Assembly (NCBI GenBank): GCA_963790475.1
Contig: CAWBOS010000006.1
Location: 1-64,000, forward strand
Source of the DNA: an uncultured delta proteobacterium
Lineage (GTDB): Bacteria > Desulfobacterota > RBG-13-43-22
Direction of reading: 5' to 3'
DNA length: 64,000 nt
Each line of letters starts with the position of its first letter. Positions within the stretch are counted from its first letter, which is position 1. Under the pieces are notes generated by a model. That model had not been told where the DNA came from and did no database searches. It saw only the letters and a list, made by a program, of their open reading frames with translations. Below are positions 62,738 to 64,000 of this stretch, piece by piece. The translations under genes and the position numbers were made by a program.

Positions 62738-64000
62738 TTAATCCGCCAGGTCCGAGACATCCCCTTTTCCGGTCTGGACTACCCCAAAATCCTTGGCCTG
62801 TTTTTTCACTTTTACCACAGGAACAAATTTTCGAATCAGCTCCTGTGTATCCCCTACTTGAAGCTGATCAAAATAAAAACCGAACTTGCTCTCGAGGGCC
62901 GTTCGAATAGCAATTCGAATTTCTTCCGGTAATCCCCACATTTCGGCCTTAAAAGGCCCCAAGCCTTTTTTGCGGGTGTTGTAAAGAAACTGTTCCTCGG
63001 TCTTGCCGGATTTCCATTCATCGGCATGCTTTGATTTCACATATTGATAAATATCTTGTTTTAATCCTCGGGGGAATTGGGGGTGGTCATAAATCATATT
63101 TTGAAATCCGGTGGCCAGGTGCACCTCAACCGCATCATTAACTACAAATTGGCTAAAAGCCTCATCCGGCAAGGTCGAGGCCCCATGCTGGACTGTTCCC
63201 CCCATCCCGTAGCCGGTCCTGGCCACTTTGGAGAGGTCTTTCAAGACCTTAAAATCAATGGCCACTTGGGCCAGGGTGCCGTCGGGAAGGACCACGCCTC
63301 CGTGACTCGTCCCGGTTTGTATGCTTATTTTGGAAAGACCGGGCACTCCAGCCGGCAGAGAATGCTTGAAGCCGTCCATAAAGGCCCGGAGTTCCGTTTC
63401 ATCACTGTTTTTACCCCCCACTTCTCCGATCTCTCCCCCAACGGAAATGGTGATCTCCTGGGGTTGATGCTTTCGAATAAAAGCCGTAAAACGGGCACAC
63501 ATTTCATAATTGGTCCGCTGCTGTTCGGAAACCGTGGCTTGAGCAAGGTCCACCAGCGTGGAGGTGTCAATGTCGATATTGTAAAAACCGGCCTGGATGG
63601 CCTCCAGAATCAGTTGCTCAATGGCCAGGGCTTCTCCTTCCGGTTTTTCCTTGAATTTTTTTTCACTGACCTGGAAATGGTCCCCCTGAATAAATAACGG
63701 TCCCTGAAATCCTTCCTTAATGGCCGCCGCCATGATTGAAGAAAAATATTCTGTGGGTCTTTGGGCCGTATAGCCCATTTCCGAGCGGGCAATCTCGAAA
63801 ATCAGAGCCCCGACTTTCCTTTGCACCGCAGCCTTAAAAGCAGCTCGGGCACAGTCAAAGGTCATGGCTCGAAGGTTGATGGCCGGGACCGTAAACCGTC
63901 GAGGGACTTCTCCTCTCCCTATCGCCAGATAAAATTCAAGGATGGAGGCCGGATAAATCCCCATGGCCTGCCCCATTTCCCAGATCAGCCAACAAGCCTG
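62738..64000 (-). CDS. Class II fructose-bisphosphate aldolase family protein (5' end outside window)
   Basis: PAINLR, QGDH, DIDTS, GEIGEVG, GTSHGG, QHGAS. Confidence 0.88.
   Translation of the reverse strand, partial: QACWLIWEMGQAMGIYPASILEFYLAIGRGEVPRRFTVPAINLRAMTFDCARAAFKAAVQRKVGALIFEIARSEMGYTAQRPTEYFSSIMAAAIKEGFQGPLFIQGDHFQVSEKKFKEKPEGEALAIEQLILEAIQAGFYNIDIDTSTLVDLAQATVSEQQRTNYEMCARFTAFIRKHQPQEITISVGGEIGEVGGKNSDETELRAFMDGFKHSLPAGVPGLSKISIQTGTSHGGVVLPDGTLAQVAIDFKVLKDLSKVARTGYGMGGTVQHGASTLPDEAFSQFVVNDAVEVHLATGFQNMIYDHPQFPRGLKQDIYQYVKSKHADEWKSGKTEEQFLYNTRKKGLGPFKAEMWGLPEEIRIAIRTALESKFGFYFDQLQVGDTQELIRKFVPVVKVKKQAKDFGVVQTGKGDVSDLAD

Overview
Bacterial chromosomal window. Gene content, sigma54 promoters and repeat types suggest an anaerobic Desulfobacterota/deltaproteobacterium (inference). 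The flanks encode acyl-CoA catabolism (acyl-CoA dehydrogenases, CoA ligases, SDRs, a carboxyltransferase), Liv-type ABC and TRAP transporters, a sigma54 activator, holB, a PAS hybrid kinase, a class II aldolase and tRNA-Pro(CGG). An accessory region at ~10-30.5 kb holds three notable things. (1) A cassette-like array is punctuated by 7 copies of a conserved ~70-bp non-coding element ending in a terminator and 6 copies of a promoter with a MerR-like 19-bp spacer and dyad; these separate ORF6N paralogues, toxin-antitoxin pairs and catabolic genes. (2) Each ORF6N paralogue carries a different, self-symmetric DNA palindrome at the same position in its coding sequence, with free-standing copies nearby. 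(3) A complete IS110-family element shows its CT core, circle-junction promoter and a downstream bridge-like RNA whose loops match both target and donor; it sits in the first gene of a two-ATPase module. Many frameshifts and several internal deletions may be long-read or assembly errors.
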